DNA of 57,798 nucleotides from a virus (taxonomy: Duplodnaviria > Caudoviricetes), in IMG/VR virus record IMGVR_UViG_3300032893_000052, positions 1 through 57,798 of that record. The stretch is one strand, 5' to 3'. This document shows positions 55,433 through 57,798 of the stretch, in pieces. Position 1 is the stretch's first letter; every line of letters begins with the position of its first letter. Made by a program: the position numbers and the translations under genes. A model generated the notes under the pieces. The model searched no databases. It saw nothing but the letters and a program-made list of their open reading frames with translations, and was not told the origin of the DNA.

Positions 55433-57055
55433 CTACACTAGCTTAAGGAACGACTCCAACGCCTTGTAAGCAGTCGGTTCCACATACGTACTCTGACTGC
55501 CTGCATTCGTTGGAGGCGACAACGGACCAGCAGCTTGTGGTCGTGGCATACCTTGCGGTGCTTGCATTGTGTTTGAACCAGCAGCGGGCTGCACTTGCGT
55601 CATACCAGGAACAGGCCCTTGCCTCAGCGGCATCGGATTACCCATGATAGGCTTTCCCTGATCCGGTGACAGCAATGCCTGCAGGCTCGCTAATGGATCG
55701 CGTGGCGCTCCACCTGGCGGTGAACCACCAGGTACACCAGGAGGACCACCAGGACCGCCACCTTGCTGCGTTCCCATGGGCGGTTGACCTTGTGGCGTTC
55801 CCATAGGCGGTTGACCTTGGCTTGCAACAGGTGGCTGTGCTGCAGGGGGCGGTGGTTTAGGCAGCGTCATACCCGGCAGACCTGTAGCAGGACTCTGTTG
55901 TTGTCCGCCACCCATGCCCATACCTGGCTGCATCATTGGTGGTTGTGGACGCGGTTGCGGCGGTGCCCCCATACCGGGAGGGGACACACCCATTCCTTGA
56001 CCGCCACCCATCCCCATGCTGGGCGGTGGTTGCTGTGGCGGACGCATTGGTGGCTGTATCTGTGGTGGCTGCTGTGGCGGTACTTGTCCAAACGGACTAC
56101 CGGAACCTGTAGGCGACGGCGGCATGCCTCCAGGGCCAGGCATTTGAGGTGGACGCACTTGCCCAGGAGGAGGTTGACCCGTACCCATCGCGCCTTGACC
56201 AGGTAGCATGCCACCCATCATAGGCGGCGGTGCTGGTTTGGCAAGCGTCGGCATGCCTCCACCCGCTTGTGGTGTAGGAGAAGGCGCACCCATTCCTGCT
56301 GAACCTGCGGGCGGAGGAGCGCCCGGCGTTCCCATTCCCTGTCCTGGTGTCTGTGGCATTCCCATTCCAGGTGGTTTTGGTGCTTGTGCCATAGGCATTC
56401 CCGCACCCGGACCTTGTAGATTGGGTTGCGGCTGTCCTGGCATAAGCGTACGTCCACCTTGCGGCGTACTGTTCATCGGACCTTGTGGCGGACCACCAGG
56501 AGCTTGACCAAACTTGGCAGCGAACCGCTCCATTGGAGACTGACTGTCGTTGCCCATCTGCTTGTGTGCAGCAGCTGCTTGCAGATGTTGTGATGTCTCT
56601 TGTGGACTAGACGCACCTGCAGCTAGACGCTCGTGATGAGCAGCAGCGGCTTCATGGTCATCTTTGCCGAAGTCTTTGTGCGCAGGGTGGAACGGATCAC
56701 CATAGATAGGGATTCCAGATGGTGCCATACCAATCGGATTACTCTGACTATTGGGCATTGCACGCGGCTGCGAAGCACCTGTCATTCCACCACCAGGGAT
56801 CTGCGGTGCACCTTGCTGTAGAGGTACGTCTGGTGTGCCGAGTGCTTTGAGCACAAGTTCCGGACTCAGCTCTGGTACAAAGGCATTCGGACGGTAAGCA
56901 GATGGATAACCGTGAAACGCACCACGAGTAGTGATTGGCGTACCCATTCTGTGGTGCACTTCCGTCCTCTCAGCATGAGAACTCGACTTTGTGATGGGTT
57001 CCGCAAACGTCGGATCAACCCAGTTGAGAGGCCGCTTAGCGCCGTGGTTTGTCAT
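55433..57055 (-). CDS. Pro/Gly/Met/Gln-rich intrinsically disordered protein
   Basis: 540 aa. A His/Ala helical motif (HPAHKDF..DDHEAAAAHH) is followed by about 340 aa of low-charge P/G/M/Q sequence. Confidence 0.85.
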   Translation of the reverse strand: MTNHGAKRPLNWVDPTFAEPITKSSSHAERTEVHHRMGTPITTRGAFHGYPSAYRPNAFVPELSPELVLKALGTPDVPLQQGAPQIPGGGMTGASQPRAMPNSQSNPIGMAPSGIPIYGDPFHPAHKDFGKDDHEAAAAHHERLAAGASSPQETSQHLQAAAAHKQMGNDSQSPMERFAAKFGQAPGGPPQGPMNSTPQGGRTLMPGQPQPNLQGPGAGMPMAQAPKPPGMGMPQTPGQGMGTPGAPPPAGSAGMGAPSPTPQAGGGMPTLAKPAPPPMMGGMLPGQGAMGTGQPPPGQVRPPQMPGPGGMPPSPTGSGSPFGQVPPQQPPQIQPPMRPPQQPPPSMGMGGGQGMGVSPPGMGAPPQPRPQPPMMQPGMGMGGGQQQSPATGLPGMTLPKPPPPAAQPPVASQGQPPMGTPQGQPPMGTQQGGGPGGPPGVPGGSPPGGAPRDPLASLQALLSPDQGKPIMGNPMPLRQGPVPGMTQVQPAAGSNTMQAPQGMPRPQAAGPLSPPTNAGSQSTYVEPTAYKALESFLKLV

Positions 57056-57222
57056 GTAATGTCCTTCACCTTCGCCGGAATCGCTGCATGCGGAAAGTAG
57101 AGCGCGATCTCTTGATCAGTCAGCTCTAATACAGTGTCGTTTGACAGAAGCAGTTGCGTTCTTGGTCCATGCTTCGTCAGTACTTCTACAACACGAACAA
57201 CAGTCCTTGACAACAAAGACAC
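57052..57222 (-). CDS. Hypothetical protein (56 aa, below the ORF-track cut-off)
   Basis: MSLLSRTVVRVVEVLTKHGPRTQLLLSNDTVLELTDQEIALYFPHAAIPAKVKDIT; ATGA overlap with the next gene. Confidence 0.65.
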   Translation of the reverse strand: MSLLSRTVVRVVEVLTKHGPRTQLLLSNDTVLELTDQEIALYFPHAAIPAKVKDIT

Positions 57223-57225
57223 AAC

Positions 57226-57699
57226 TCACCCCACTGGGTTCCGAGTAACATGACGTCCATCCACGGACCCACCACCACGACCTGCGTTGTAGTTCTCCTC
57301 TTCCTTCAACTGAGCGGATACCAACTCGCGTACTTTGCTCTTCTCAGAGTCTGAGAACTGCGTGAGGATCTCTGCTTGTTGCGGCTCCATTGTACGGAAC
57401 CGTTGTGGGAAGATCACTGTAAGCAGTGCGAGCTGTGTCGGCAGCATTCCCACAGGTGAAGCACTACGGTGAACAGCGTCAATCACCATGTTCTTTGCCC
57501 ACTCATAATCGAGTGTACCATCAGGATTACGGCGGATGACTGACATAGCGTGTGTGCTAGGTCGGTTCTCCATCTCCTTGTATTGAGCGCCGAACCGTTG
57601 GTGCGGAGCGAACGACTCATACGACGGATTGACCTGTTGTCCTGTCGCCTTTACTAGTCGCGGATCTTGGATGTGCAACGGAATTCGCGGTAAGTTCAT
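57226..57699 (-). CDS. Hypothetical protein
   Basis: 157 aa, ATGA-coupled to the upstream ORF; RLVKA motif near the N-terminus. Confidence 0.75.
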   Translation of the reverse strand: MNLPRIPLHIQDPRLVKATGQQVNPSYESFAPHQRFGAQYKEMENRPSTHAMSVIRRNPDGTLDYEWAKNMVIDAVHRSASPVGMLPTQLALLTVIFPQRFRTMEPQQAEILTQFSDSEKSKVRELVSAQLKEEENYNAGRGGGSVDGRHVTRNPVG

Positions 57700-57798
57700 G
57701 GCGTGCCCTTCTTCTCAGCGGCTGCAGGAGCATCAGGTACGACAGCAATCGGCGGCGCTGCCGGAGGTACAACACCTGTCTTGTACAGAAAAGCCTGA
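57696..57798 (-). CDS. 3' end of a gene truncated by the window edge
   Basis: Open frame ...QAFLYKTGVVPPAAPPIAVVPDAPAAAEKKGTP* with an ATGA overlap. Confidence 0.6.
   Translation of the reverse strand, partial: QAFLYKTGVVPPAAPPIAVVPDAPAAAEKKGTP

Noticed and set aside
55433-57055. Eukaryotic contamination or collagen-like fibre
   Set aside because: The ORF is coupled to its phage neighbours by overlaps and lacks sustained Gly-X-Y periodicity.
134-57100. Numerous plus-strand ORFs in the track
   Set aside because: They lie antisense to well-supported minus-strand genes and show no recognisable motifs; treated as shadow ORFs.

Overview
The window is a 57.8-kb segment of a large contractile-tailed phage (myovirus) with a SPO1/Twort-like gene order. 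Every credible gene is on the minus strand. Reading right to left: (1) a cassette upstream of the head genes, encoding a Pro/Gly/Met/Gln-rich disordered protein, an inorganic-pyrophosphatase-like protein, a 981-aa protein that appears to fuse a sigma-70 region-2-like segment to a catalytically degenerate topoisomerase IB fold, a RelA/SpoT small alarmone synthetase, a zeta-toxin-like P-loop kinase and small acidic ORFs; (2) prohead protease, scaffold, major capsid protein and a free-standing HNH endonuclease; (3) neck, sheath, tube, frameshifted tail chaperones, tape measure and baseplate genes; (4) three large fibre/spike genes with a glycosyltransferase between two of them; (5) a WGR-like protein, UvsW-like helicase, J-domain protein and a putative replication initiator with internal repeats; (6) a 3'-truncated class II ribonucleotide reductase, missed by the ORF track, with two inteins only 12 residues apart. 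The best candidate for an undescribed system is the cassette at 48916-57699. Its proteins share the Phi-x-K-[S/A/G] motif seen in the capsid, scaffold and protease, which suggests a capsid-packaged, protease-processed, injected payload acting on nucleotide signalling. Also notable are two recurrent intergenic palindromes and three structured leaders that could occlude ribosome-binding sites. All family calls come from manual motif recognition; no database searches were run.
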